64,000 nucleotides of DNA from positions 377,890,001 through 377,954,000 of the forward strand of contig OZ024743.1 in NCBI GenBank assembly GCA_964016885.1, read 5' to 3'. Each line of letters opens with the position of its first letter. The stretch's first letter is position 1. A program made the translations under genes and the position numbers. The notes under the pieces are model-generated. The model worked only from the letters and a program-made list of their open reading frames with translations. It did no database searches and was not told the origin of the DNA. Origin of the DNA: Eledone cirrhosa (taxonomy: Eukaryota). Below are positions 13,001 to 26,294 of this stretch, piece by piece.

Positions 13001-16000
13001 ATTTCCATTGGACTTTCCATTGCTGATACTATCGCAAATCCTGGCAGAAAGAGCAACGTCAGATAAAGTGTCTTGCTCAAGAACACAACACATCACCCAG
13101 TCCAAGAATTGAACTTGCAACCTCACGATTGAGAATCCAACTCTCTAACCATTAAGCCATGCACCTCCTACTATCATATTTCTTTAACTGCAGTGTTAAT
13201 GAGATTGCAGCAATGAAATAAAATTTAAGATAATAACAAATACAAAATTATAGCAGTGTCATTGATTTCCATGTCTGAAATGACTCTTATTAAAGATAAG
13301 ATTAGAGTAACATGCAGTACAGAGGTGAAAATAGTCAAAATAGCTAGTCACATTTCTTCTACATACATTTTTAAAGGGTTTTTTAAGCAAATTCATATGT
13401 ATCTTGTAAATGTAAATGATCTGCCTGTTTATGAGAGCCTGGAGACCACTCCAATTGTGCCATAGGCATGGCAACCTCCCTAGAGTTGGTTATGAAATGA
13501 TAAATGTACCTAATACATACACTCTGTATTAGCTATAGAAAACTTGTCAAACAAAGGGTTGGGTGGACTCTTCAGTTGTGCCAAAGACATGACAACATCC
13601 CTAATGTTGGTACCATGATATAATGCACTTCGTAAAGCATAGGATCATGTTTGGAAACATATATAAATGGGATGCATACCCCAAGTCTACCTGGATGACG
13701 GTGGCTCAGCTAGAATACTGAATGGTCAGTGAAAACATATCTACCCTTGCTAGCAGGCAAAATAGGTGCTAAATGATGGTGATGATGAATCAATGAAAAA
13801 GTATCAGAAAGAACTCTAAGCAAAGTGCCTGAGGTTATGACCAAGCATTATTAACAACAAAAGTCTATTAGAGATTTCTGAGTCCTGTAGCACAAGGAAA
13901 ATAATTGTTATGCTTCAGTTCAAAACTAACAAAAACACACACAGGTGAAAACTAACAAAAACATACACAGGTCAAAACTAACAAAAACATACACAATTCA
14001 AGACTGTTTGTTAACTGTACCAATAAAGACTGAAATTTGTTTAAATAATTCAATAGAAAACTTTTTACAGGAGAGAATTTAGAGCAACAAATAGAATCAC
14101 AAACAGATGGTTTTATACAAGTTACAGAATTGCTATCATTGATTGATAGCAACACAGATAAAACATAAGGTGAATGTATTAGACATGAAAATATACTATA
14201 TACACACACACACACATATATATATATGTATATAGGGCAGTTTAGGCAGCATATTTATAATGACTAGCGAGAAAGTAATAAAGCATGAATTATTTGATAA
14301 TATAAAATTAAGATAGATTCAATGTGATTAAGGTATATATATACAAGTATATCAGTAGTACTGGCCTGTATATTTGTGCTATCAAAGATGTCATACATAT
14401 GGATGATGAATGCAGCAACACAACAAGCATTTTAAGGTTATTATTAAAGTTAGGATTAGCAATGAGTATAGCGAGGAATTTAGCGTACAGGTTGGGGTCC
14501 ACCAGGGCTCTGTTCTTAGCCCCCTCCTGTTCATCATAGTCCTGCAGGCAATAACGGAGGAGTTTAAGACCGGATGCCCATGGGAACTCCTGTATGCTGA
14601 TGACCTCGCACTCATAGCTGAATCTATGGTAGAACTAGAGAATAAATTCCAAACTTGGAAGCAGGGACTAGAAAGAAAGGGTCTCAAAGTCAACATGACA
14701 AAGACTAAGGTCCATGTAAGTAGATGAGAAAACAGAACCCAGATCCCCTCAGGAAAATGGCCTTGCTCAGTATGTAGGAACTCCATTCTCTGCCCCAAAT
14801 GCAAACAATGGGTACACAAGAGATGTAGCGGGATCTCGGGAAGCTTAATTAAGAATGTAGGATTCACATGCAGCAGCTGTGCTGAGACAGCAAGCAGTAA
14901 ACAGCCACAGGAAACAAGTACCACCAATCTCTGGGAGGGCTCTGTAGAAACAGTAGACAGCTTCTGCTACCTAGGTGACCGAATTAGCAGCGGAGGTGGG
15001 TGTTCAGAAAGTACAATAACTAGGGTAAGAACAGGATGGAAGAAGTTTAGGGAACTACTACCACTGCTAGCTGCAAAAGGCTTCTCTCTCAGAATGAAAG
15101 GCAGACTGTATGATGCGTGTATCCGAACAGCGATGTTGCATGGTAGTGAGACCTGGGCGCTGAAGGTGGAAGACTTACGTAGATTAGAGAGAAACGAAGC
15201 CTGCATGCTCCGATGGATGTGTAACAGTAATATACGTGAATGACAAAGCATAAATGAATTGAGAGAGAGACTGAGCATAAGAGGAATCAAATGCTGTGTG
15301 CAGGAGAGGCGGTTGCGCTGGTATGGACATGTGATGCGTATGAAGGATGACAGCTGCATAAAAAGGTGCAGAGCACTAGAAGTTGATGGAAACCGCGGAG
15401 TGGGGAGACCCAAGAAGACCTGGGATGAGGTGATAAAAGCCGACCTTACCCAATTACACCTCTCAAAGGCAATGACACACGACCGTGACTTCTGGCGTCA
15501 CGCAGTAATACAGAGTACCCGACCTCCCATGGGTACAAGCTGAAGCATATAGACAATATGCCCCCACACCCCCCACCGCAAAAAAGCACCCAGCCCACAC
15601 TGTAAAGTGGACGTGTAGGCGCCACGAAAAAGCACCCAGCACTCACTGTAAATGAGGTTGGTGTTAGGAAGGGCATCCAGCTGTAGAAATCAAGCCAAAT
15701 CAGTTTCTGTATGAGCAAGGCATGGTCAGCCGACCAGACACTGCCCACAACAGAACAACCCGTCTAACCCATGCTAGCGTGGAAGAACGGACGTAAAACG
15801 GTGATGATGATGATTCCCACTAAAGCAAGAATTAGCCTTGCAAGCTTCCAGACATGGAGTCCTTTTTGAGGCAAGATTTTACAGCTGGATGCTCTTCCTA
15901 GCACCAACACTTTTAATCACTTCTAATAATATAGATAATTAAAATTGGCTGAAAAAAAAACCCCAAAAAAACTGCCATATGCTAAAATTTAAGGACACGA

Positions 16001-19000
16001 TGGATAAAACTTTAGTAGAAAACTTGAGATCATTTCAATGGAATTCTAGGATCAACTCTTAGGTCAGATGGTGAGATGAGAAAGAAGATAACTATGTTAG
16101 CACAGAAAATAACATGAGAAAATAAATTATAATAACAATGATGAAGTTTCAATTTCTGTCTAAATATATGTAGAGGTTGCCGACACTAGCTTGTGCAGTT
16201 CACATCTCCTTTATTTGTTCCCTTTTTTGAGGGAGGACATTGTTTTTACAGCTGTATCTCCTTTGAACAATGGCAGAGACAAAGTTTGTGCCACCTGGTG
16301 TGATGCTGTAGTGTGCTGCCCCATTGCACCCATGAAAAAAAACAACACAATGCACATCAAAAGTGCTGCCTTACACCAGTTATGTGAATACCTTCATCAT
16401 CATCGTTAACGTCTATCTTCCACGCTAGCAGGAATTGTCCCACTTGAGGCAAGATTGGTTGTCTTGCTCGTATAGGACTGTCTGGCAGGTTTTCCACGGC
16501 TGGATGCCCTTCTTAACACCAACCACGTTTACAGTGTGGACTGGGAGGTTTTTACTGTGTTACCTACACAGCCACATTACAGCGTGGAATGTGTTTTTTT
16601 GTCGTGACACCTACACGACTTCATTTATTTAGGACTTGATGTTGTGGTCCCAACATAACTTTACAGAGAAAGGGTGGTGTTGATGGTGGTGGGGTGGAGG
16701 GGGGTGTATATTTGATTAAGAGGTGCCTACTGACTGTAGGTTTCGCTTTGTACTTAGTAGGCAAGGCGGGTTTTCTATATTACTGCGTAGCACCAAAGAT
16801 CTCGGTCCAGCGACATTGTCTTGGAGAGGTGTAAGTGTGTAAGGTCGGAATTTATCAAATCGTCCCAGGTTTTTCTGGGTCTGCCTACTCCGTAACTTCC
16901 GTCAATTTCGATCGCCCTGTACTTTTTTATACAGCTGTCGTCTTTCATGTGCATCACAAGTAAACAGCATCTGATCCCTCTTATACCTAATTTCTCACTT
17001 AGTTCCTTTATGCTTTGCTGTTCATATCACCATACATTTTACGTGTTGTTTATCATACCACATTAATTTCTAAATATCGCAAAGGGAACATTTTCCTTAA
17101 TTAATAAAGAGAAATTATATTACAAATATTTTCACAATATTTTTTATTTCCCCATTCACTGTATTCAAAATTTTTTTTTTACTGTTGAATCCTAATTAAG
17201 CCATCATTAAAAAGAAATAAAATATGAACATTCAATTATATCAGTTATCTCCCTTGCCACTAAAATCGCACCTCCCATTTATTGAGTGGCTGAAATTCTT
17301 TTAACTTTTTCATCCAGCCCCAAATAATGTTTCTACAATTTCTTTTAGTATTTAGGGTGGTGAATTGATGTTTAAAACACTACTTTATAATAAGCTATTG
17401 TATAAAACTAAAGTGAAACATTGACTAAATTTTGACAGAAAAATCTTTAAAATTTGAATTATTATACATAAAATAATTGTTTCTACTTTTGGCACAAGGC
17501 CAGCAATTATCCCAGTACATTACTGGTACTGGTACTTTATTTTATCGACCTCGTAAGGATGAAAGGCAAAGTTAACTTCGGCGGGATCTGAACTCAGATC
17601 GTAAAGGGACGTAACTATGCTGGAAAGTATGTCCAACCCTGATTTCTAATATAGTCACAAAACCAGTAATTTTTTTTTTTGGGGGGGGGGGGGTTTACAT
17701 TGACCCCAGTGCTTGACTGGTAATTTATTTTATTGACTTTGTAAGGATGAAAGGCAAAGCTGACTTCAATGAGATTTGAACTCTGAATGTAAAAAGCCGA
17801 AACAAATTGCAGAAAGCATTTTATCCAACACACTGACAATCTTGCCAATCAACTGCCCTAAAAACAACTCAATCTTGTGTGGTATGTGTAATTCTACAGA
17901 TTATCAATTTGATTAGAAAGCAGATTAACTGAATTGTTAAAAGGAAATAAAAAAGCTATATATCATTTTTAAAAGATATTTTTCTTTGAGAGTTGCAAAT
18001 GATTGCGACTAGGTTGTTGTTTACTTTCTCCAGCTAAGAGGAAAATTTCAATTACCATATTTCCCAGCATAAAAGACAGCACATTTCCCCCAAAAATAAG
18101 TTTGAAAAATTCAGCCTGTGACTTGTTAGACAAGACTTTGCTGTTAAAACAGCAAAATGCTGTTCTTGGCTCCCTTTTGTTTGTGGAATATATTAATGAC
18201 ATAGATGCCAACTTAAAGAATGCCACAGTACTGAAATATGCAGATGACATCAAGCTGTACCTTGAGATAAAAAGAACAGATCCTGAACACTATAGATCTT
18301 GCCTGCAATCTGACCTGGACACAATGCAACAATGGATCACAGACTGGACAAGTGCACCACCATGCATTTTGGGAGTAAAAACCCAGCATCCACATACTCC
18401 CTCCACAACACTAATATCAAGAAGTCTTCTTGTGAGCGTGATCTGGGCATTACAGTCAGCAGCGATTTGCATTGGACGAAGCACGTCTCTAAAATTGTCA
18501 AGAAGGCCAAGGGTGTCTTAGCATCACTCAGCAAGACCTTTGTCAGCCGCTCTCCAGATATCTATTTAAGGCTGTATACAGCTATGATGCGGCCACACTT
18601 AGAATTTGCATCACCAGTCTGGAACCCCTATCTTGCTCAGAACATTGACCGCCTGGAAACTGTTCAGAGACATGCAACAAAGCGAATACCCTCCATCAGG
18701 CATCTACCATACTCTGAACGCCTTGCTTCCTTGGACATGGATACATTGAAGCTCTGACGTCTGGCAACTGACTTGGTAAACACCCACAAAATTATTAACC
18801 ATCTTGCCAACAACAACCCTGAGTACCTTATTGATTTCCCTATGTCTAACACACATAGGCATGCCCACAAAATCAGAAAACAGCACAACTCCCATGATTT
18901 TCGGAAACATTTTTATACGCTCAGAGTTGCTGAAGCATCGCACAAACTACCTGCATCAGTTATTAGCTGTCGAGACACTGCATCCTTTAAAACCTCCATG

Positions 19001-22000
19001 CTTCCTGAGATTCGCCAACACTACACCTAATATTTCCCCTCCATACACACACACACATGTATATCATGACTCATACACTATTCACTTCCCTGACATTTGT
19101 ATATTATTCTATGTACTATACATGCACCTTTGACAAGTTGTAGTGCACCTGAGCACTGTACCCAATAATTTCATTATTATTATTAAAACTTAATATTTTC
19201 TTTATAACAAACACAAATAATAAAAACTTACCAACTAAATAAGTTAACACTTTGCTGTTAGTATGCGTTTCAATTTCATTTATCCATTGGATAAGACTGT
19301 CATATGAAGCTTGACAACAAACATCATAAACAACAATAAGGGCATTTGCAGATCTGTAGTACGACTGAGTAATTGAACGGAATCGTTCCTGGCCAGCAGT
19401 GTCCCAAATCTGCAGCTGTAACAATAAATATATGAGATATAAAATAATAATGATGATTACACAAAAGGAATCAACATTTATTTAGTTTACAATCTGATTA
19501 AATTTCTAAGGAAAGAAAAAAAATATTTTGAATTTAATAGGCAATCAAGAAACATCAATATACAAATAAATCTATTCCTCATGCTTATAGAGGGAAAAAA
19601 TCGGCCCCAGTACTGGGATTTGAACTCAAGTGCAGAAAGCTGGAACGAGTACTGCAAAGCATTCTATCTGACATTCTCACAACTCAGCCATTTCACCACC
19701 TATAACTTGTTTCTCAAAAAACTATTTTAATCTAGAACTTGGCAGTTAGTGATTTGCAGAAACATGAAAAAGAGAAACAATTATGTAAGACATGAATATC
19801 TTAATGGAATGCCAAATGCAATAGATTTAAGAAATAATAAAAATAAAGATAACATTTTTAAAATCAGAAAAGTTACAAAATCAAGACCAGAGATTGAAAG
19901 ATTACATTGGCTATGTCATTACCATATTTCTAATGAAAGACACTGCTTATGGTTTTCAAATAATTTTTTAAATAATTAAGAATTTGGAGGGATTTAGTCA
20001 TATACCTAATTTTCTCATTAAACTAGCTGTATCTGGCAAGAATTCTCTCACCTCTTTCTGTTCAAACTGGCTGTAACTGACCACTCATACCATTGTTAAG
20101 GTATTGTTCTCAAAATAAATAATATCAAAATAGATTTGATATTATGTGAGATAATTATGTGAGGTAAAGCCTTTACCACAAAAATACAATAGTAAATATA
20201 GAGTAATGAAAATGCTAAAGAGTGAAGACGTTTGGAGTCCAACTGAACAAAGGCTCTTACATAAAATCATGGTGGAAGATAGATATAATCACATTAAAGA
20301 TTTTTATCGTTTCAGGCAATTTTATATCGAAAGGTTTAATAAATGTAAATTTAAATTTTAGTAGCTTTTGTTTTTTCTTCTTCACCCACTTATTCCTGAG
20401 ATGGTCGTGGGGGCAGGGTCCTCAAACACTCCTTCCAGCAGGTCCTGTCAGAAGCAACCTTCTCCAACTGATCCTACCCCTGGGTCTCCTGTCGGTTAGT
20501 TTTGGCCATAAAATCTGTCCAGCAGTTATTTCCTGAGACATTCTAACCCCATGCTCATATCGGAGCTGTGATCTCTCAATTCAGAGAAGTATTGCCTCTA
20601 TCTTGAGTGACTCTCTGATCTCCGAGCTACGCACTCTTTCGAGTAACATTACTCCAAAGACCCTTCGGAGAAACACCATTTCAGCTGCTTGTATTCGCGA
20701 TCGTATTCTTTCGATCATTGGTAAGGGTTGGCACGAATACCGAATTGAAGATAGCGAGTTTGGCTTCAAAAGGATTAAAAGGGAGCTTAATAGATATAAA
20801 TTTAGATTTTGGTAGCTTTTGCTGAATAATTCATATAATCATTTTTCAGGTAGATGAAAAAGGTATCCAAGATGTCCAGCTTGATGAATACTTCAGAACT
20901 GTCAAGGACTACACTGTATAATGTATACACTGTATAACACTGAGGACTACACTGTATAATGTCTACACTGTATAACACTGAGGTATACACTGTATAACAG
21001 TTTACAGTAGTTAACAGCATGAACATGAATGTGTAAGCAGCTGAGTTATACTTTGATCATGAAGAGAGTTTAGGAGAAAACCAACCCTTATGAGACTTTA
21101 GAATAAATAGATTAGGGGACTAAGGAATCAATGTCAATACATCTTAAGATAACCTTATAACGATGCTTTAACAAACAAGCATTTTAAAGCCATCTTCCTT
21201 ACTAAAGCAGGGTTTAGTATTGTAGGCCCTATGACAAGCTTCTCCATTTTTCCCTATCATCTGACTATAAACTATTGGAAGGGAGTCTGTCTAGAATATC
21301 TGTGTAACAGTTTGCAATGGCCTACACTGTAAATTAGTTATGCTGGTACCAAAAAAAGAAAGCACCTATTCCACCCTGTCAGGTGGCAATGGTGGTGTCA
21401 CAAGGAAATGAACCCAGTACTGGCTGTGAAGTGGTTGGCATTAGGAAGGGCATCTAACTGTAGAAAACAAGCCAAAAGCTGAATATATGAGCAGGACATA
21501 GTTATCTTCAAACATAATTTTATATTAAGTTACTATCTTAGTAATGAAATAATTAATAATATTAGTAAATCTCTCAAAATTCTGCATTAATTAATTAAAA
21601 TATACTGTATTTCATTAGAAATGCAGCCATGAAAGGGTTAAGAACTTTTTGTTATGCTACATTCAAAACACAAGTTTAATAATAAGAATGTTATATTACT
21701 AAATCCTTGAACATTCTTGGTTATTTTCAAAACTATTTGAAGCATTTGGTGTTTTTCATTAGAAATATGGAGCAGATGTTTAAGTTCTAAAAAGATAGAA
21801 TTCTTACCTTCACCTTGTCTCCATCAATTTCAACACTTTTTATCATGAAATCTACTCCTATGGTAGCTCCTTGACCGGGTGGAAACAATCCCTGAAGTGA
21901 AAATTATTTCAATAAATGTTCATAAAAACAATCACAAATCATTATCCTCATCATTGTTTAAGTTCCAGTGTGTCAGGGAAAATTGTGAAGTTGATGGCGA

Positions 22001-22648
22001 GAAGTGTATCTGAGATGATAATGGTATACTTGCCCTCACTGATGCTGAAAAGAAAGTAGCATGGAAGTGCCACTATGAAAGACTACTGAATGAGGAGAAT
22101 GCATGGGAAGAAGATAGTTTGCCCCAAGTAAACCCAACAGAGGCCACCCTTCCTTATAGCGGTGCCACCTAGTACCAGGCCCCAAAACTGTGGCTGCGCT
22201 GTGAGATGGGTTAGGTTCTTCGTATCGGTGCCATCCAGTACGAGGCTCCAAAAACATGGTTCCATTGTGAGACGGGTTCGGTGTGGCATCCAGCTGTAAA
22301 ATACCCAGCCAATTTACAGTTCCGCCAGAGCAAGGTGCGACACATGGTGAACCCTGGCCAGACTTGCCTCCCAGCGTGGACAACCTGTCTAACCCATGCA
22401 AGCGTGGAAAAATTGATGTTAAACGGAAATGATGATGATATATATATATATATACATAAAATGTGTGTGTGTGTGTGTGTGTGTGCAGTCATAGTCTACT
22501 AAACATTTCCATGTTGCATATTACATCAAGATCAGAACATTTAGAAAGGAATTTAACTTACCTGTGTAAATCTTCGGACAAGACATGTTTTGCCAACACC
22601 AGCATTTCCTATTAACACTACCTTGAAGAGGTATTTATAATCTTCCAT
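9800..22648 (-). CDS. RAB30: Ras-related protein Rab-30, whole spliced CDS (exons 22562-22648, 21808-21891, 19232-19415, 9800-10050; 606 nt, 201 aa)
   Basis: Manual splicing gives MEDYKYLFKVVLIGNAGVGKTCLVRRFTQ/GLFPPGQGATIGVDFMIKSVEIDGDKVK/LQIWDTAGQERFRSITQSYYRSANA...YLVG/NKID...ETSAK...TCCQS*. All G-motifs are present, plus the Rab30-typical GLFPPGQGATIGVDF and a C-terminal CC prenylation motif. Introns are GT-AG with consistent phases (0,0,1). Confidence 0.95.
10680..10880 (-). mobile_element. Nin/Deu-type SINE
   Basis: Same core; internal deletion shared with the copy at 17480-17620. Confidence 0.65.
10885..11078 (-). mobile_element. CR1 3' fragment
   Basis: Reverse complement of the CR1 3'UTR/tail. 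Confidence 0.8.
11700..12166 (+). mobile_element. CR1 3' fragment
   Basis: Homologous to 18730-19185. Confidence 0.8.
14434..15814 (+). mobile_element. 5'-truncated RTE-clade LINE (pseudogenised RT C-terminal half, PHD-like Cys region, (GAT)n tail)
   Basis: GVHQGSVLSPLLF, LLYADDL and RRLRWYGHVMR motifs; in-frame stops; tail AAAACGGTGATGATGATGAT. Confidence 0.9.
16395..17030 (-). mobile_element. RTE 3' fragment
   Basis: MKDDSCIKK...GRPRKTWDD; 3'UTR homologous to 15560-15814. Confidence 0.8.
17470..17860 (-). mobile_element. Two Nin/Deu-type SINE copies
   Basis: AAGGATGAAAGGCAAAG core twice on the plus strand. Confidence 0.65.
18160..19185 (+). mobile_element. 5'-truncated CR1/L2-clade LINE remnant
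   Basis: YADDIKLY, ERDLGI, RPHLEFASPVWNP and LETVQRHATK motifs; 3' stem GTGCACCTGAGCAC plus (ATT)n tail. Confidence 0.9.
19232..19415 (-). CDS. RAB30: Rab30 coding exon 3 (LQIWDTAGQERF...YLVG)
   Basis: Within ORF 19116..19424. WDTAGQE motif, CAG acceptor, GTAAGT donor, 184 nt. Confidence 0.95.
20375..20745 (-). mobile_element. RTE-clade LINE 3' fragment, second family
   Basis: RIQAAEMVFLRRVFGV...RSSEIRESL; 3' end matches 61240-61530(+). Confidence 0.7.
20905..21000. repeat. Minisatellite of TACACTGTATAA-based units (38-bp period)
   Basis: Five TACACTGTATAA units read directly. Confidence 0.85.
21808..21891 (-). CDS. RAB30: Rab30 coding exon 2 (GLFPPGQG...DKVK)
   Basis: 84 nt, CAG acceptor, GTAAG donor. 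Confidence 0.95.
21990..22440 (+). mobile_element. RTE internal fragment joined to an RTE-type 3' end
   Basis: EKKVAWKCHYERLLNEENAW-like coding remnant; (GAT)n tail. Confidence 0.6.
22562..22648 (-). CDS. RAB30: Rab30 coding exon 1 (MEDYKYLFK...RRFTQ, P-loop)
   Basis: ATG at 22648, donor GTAAGT after 22562. An acceptor AG at 22657-22658 implies an upstream UTR exon. Confidence 0.95.
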
Positions 22649-23384
22649 GGAGTATTCTATAATAAGAATATTGATATATCTTATTATATATTATATAATA
22701 AAACAACAAAAAAAGCATATTAAGGCTCATAGGCCCATGAGAAGTATGTCCATTCTCCCTTTCATCTGCACACCCCTCACCAACCCCATGACTTTCATTT
22801 CCTCCTCTGTCATCTTTAGCCATGTTTTTCTTGGTCTTCCCCTTCCTCTACTTCCTTCCACATTCATTTCCATTACTCCTCAGACACAGTCACGTTCATC
22901 CTTGCTCAAAATATGACAACATTCATCACTGGTTCTATTCTCATAGTCCTCTTCAATTCATTGGTTATCTTTCTCTCTTTTTGAATAATACTCTACTTAT
23001 CCACTGAACAATTCTTTCCAGCCTTCTCTGCTGCTCTAAGTAAATCACACATGCCTCGCTCCCATAACTCAGGGTACTGTTCACACATGTAGCATACACC
23101 TTCCAGTCTTCCCTGCTGTTCCACATTCATGATCCCTGTCTTGCTCCTATAACTCATAGTACTGCTCACACATGTAGCATACACCTTCCACTCTTCTCTG
23201 CTGCTCTATGTACAACACCCATGTCTTGCTTCCAACAATTGAATACAATAACATAATCAAATATAATGTCTTCCTCTAACAATGTCTTTATACAAAAGAG
23301 TTTCATAAATTACTCAGGTATCAATTTGGAAGCAGAAATCTCAAAATTTTGATAGTTGAAAGCAATAGCAATATTAGTAACAAT

Positions 23385-23505
23385 CAAGTTCAAATCCTGC
23401 CGAGGTTAACTTTGCCTTTCATCCTTATGGGTTGATAAAATAAAGCATGAGTAATGCACTGGGATAATTACTGGCTTTGTGCCAAAAGTAGAAACAATAT
23501 TAGTA
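23385..23505 (+). mobile_element. Nin/Deu-type SINE
   Basis: GTTCAAATCC...GCCTTTCATCCTT...GATAAAAT. Confidence 0.6.
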
Positions 23506-24109
23506 ACAATGAAGGTAGTGGATAGGGAGGAAGAATTTTTTGTAGATACTTAGGTAATATTTTCACTAAAAGTTTCTGTGACTGAGGGAAGGGAAATGTC
23601 TTGGTTATTTCCACAGTTCTGTTACTCACTCTTCCAGTGCTGGTGCCATGACAAAAAACACCCCATCTACCATGTACAGAGGTAGTACTGGTGCCACAAC
23701 AAAAAATACCCAGCTCACCTGTAAGGTGGTAACGCTGTCTATATCATAACATATCAATTCTCTATATATGATTGCAGTTCTTCACTCGAGATTTTCCACA
23801 ATCAATTTGTTTACTTTTAGATTTTGACCAGCCAGTTTTTATCCTTCCTTTATCAAAGTATCTCCAGTTTGAAGCAGGTGTTTCAATCTCTAAATAGAAC
23901 TGCCTGGTCACTGGAGCAGGAGCTTGGGGAGCTGTCACTCTTCAGGGTTATCCATTGCCATTGCACTCAAGTCACCAGTGTGTAGATTTCTGGCTAGCAA
24001 TTTCCAGCTTCCCAAACTTACCACTTTCACTGGACCTATCCTCTCTTCACCCTCACACACTCTCCCCACTCTTAATACCATGCTCACATTTGCTAAATAT
24101 CACACACAC

Positions 24110-26130
24110 CTTGGACATGTGATGCGTATAGAGGATAACAGCTGTATAAAAAAGTGCAGGGCACCCAAAGTCGATGGTAACTATGGAAGAGGAAGACCTA
24201 GGAAAATTTTGGATGAAGTGATAAAAGTTGACCTTGCCCAATTAAACCTCACAAAGGAGATGACACAAGATTGAGATCTCTGGCATCATACTGTATTGCA
24301 GAAAACCCACCTTTTCATGTACACAAAATGAAATAAAACATGTAGAGGACACATTAGTCTGCACCAATCCTTTATCTCCCTGCGACATAAACTCTTCCCA
24401 ATCTTAATACCCCACTCTCATCTACTATATTGATGTTGAATTTGCTTATCTGTCCCCACACCAACCCTCACCCCTGATACACCTCACCTGCCTAACCCAT
24501 ACATAGATTCATGAAATCTGATCTCTCATAATGCCATTGCCATTACAAAAAGCACAAAGTCCATACTATAAGGTGGTCATGTTTGTGACACAACAAAAAG
24601 CACCCAGTAATGAGGTCATGTTGGTGAATCACAAAAAGCACCCAGTTCACCGTGGAAGGTGGTCGTTTCGGTGCCACGGTAAAAAACACCCAATGCACAC
24701 TGTAACATGGTTGGTGTTAGGAAGGGCATCCAGCCATAGAAACCAAGCCAAAATACAGATCTGTATAAGCATGACATGGTCTCTGAACCTGACTTGTCTC
24801 ATACTGTGACAACCTGTCTAACCCATGTAAGTATGGAAAATGGACATTAAACGATGATGATGATATATAGATATATATATCATCATCATCAACATTTAAC
24901 AAGTTTTCCCTGCTAGTAATGGTTGGACAGGTCACCACTAATCATGTCACTACTTAATTGTTGCTACTGATCTCTCAGATGAGCTGAGATCGCATCTAAC
25001 TTACATATGTTCTAACACTCTGCAGAGTGCACTGCATGCATTTTATCTTGGCACGAGCACTATAGAGATTGTCATGTCTTTGTTGCAACTGAAGAATCCT
25101 TTCAACCCTTCGATTAAGAAGTCTTCTACAGCTGGATGGCCTTCCTACCATTTTACAGTATATTTGATGCATTTTATCATGGTACCAACACTAAAGAGGT
25201 TGGTGCAGCATTCACACAACTGAAGAGTACTCTCAGTTCTTTTTTCACATGATTTCTGCAGCTAAATACCTTTCCCAACAATAATTAGTTTATAAAGTGT
25301 ACTGGGTGCATTTTTATGGCACCAGCACTGGAGTAGCTGTTAAGCAGTGACTGAAGGGCTTCTTTAATGCATTTCTAGCATTGTTTCAATAGTTACAAGC
25401 TCTTCCTAATGCCAACCAATTTACAGAGTGTACTGGATGCATTTTATTATGGCCCCAAAACTATAGTTAGTCATTGACTCAACTGAAAAGTTCTCTTTAC
25501 CCTATAGTGAGGGATTATTCTCCAGTACCACAAGACACCAATCCTCACAGTCATTTGTCATCTCTGTTGTGAAATTCAGTATCTTCAGGTTGATTTTCAC
25601 TACTATATTCCAAATCCTTCTGTGTCTATCTTTTCCACATATTTTATCTACTGAGACTTCTATGCACCTCTTTATACAGCTATCGTCTTCCATATGTATC
25701 ATAAATCAATTACCACTGCAATCTTCTCTTTTGCACACTACATCCATTTCCTCTTATGCCTAGTTTTTTTGCTCAGTTCACTTATGCTGCATCATACCTT
25801 CACATAAACATTACGCATTCATCGGAGTATACTAGCGTCATTCCTTTCAAGTCTTCACACATCTACAGTCAAGGCCCATGTTTCATTATCATGCAGCATT
25901 GCAGTTCACAGAGTTTACCTCTTAGTTGTTAGCAGAGGTACTAGCTACCCAAACTTTTTCTAGCCAGTTCCTACTCTGGCTACTACACATTCAGGGCATC
26001 CTTCCCCACTACTTTAGTAGTCACCTAGGTAACAAAAGGTGTCCACAACTTCTAGAGAAGAATCAGGACAATTAAAGGAACCTATTTCACATGTGCTTAA
26101 TGCTTAGTTTTCTTTTACAGCTGGCACATA
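24110..26130. mobile_element. Cluster of degenerate RTE fragments in both orientations (plus ~24110-24865, minus ~24880-26130), tail-to-tail
   Basis: GHVMRIEDNSCIKKC...GRGRPRK; MEDDSCIKRC; facing (GAT)n/(CAT)n tails at ~24850-24895. Confidence 0.7.
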
Positions 26131-26294
26131 TAAAGTCTACCTTCCCCACGAACCTGCCTGCAATCCCACAACATAGTTGCTGCATATATACATTGCACAG
26201 AATGCACCTTATAGAATTTCTGCCCACTCCTTGACAACACATTCACTATATATAGATATAGCACAAGTAGAAAGTAACTATATGGGTATATACA

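Noticed and set aside
20905-21000. Short repeated units resembling a CRISPR array
   Set aside because: No unique spacers and a eukaryotic intron context; a simple minisatellite.
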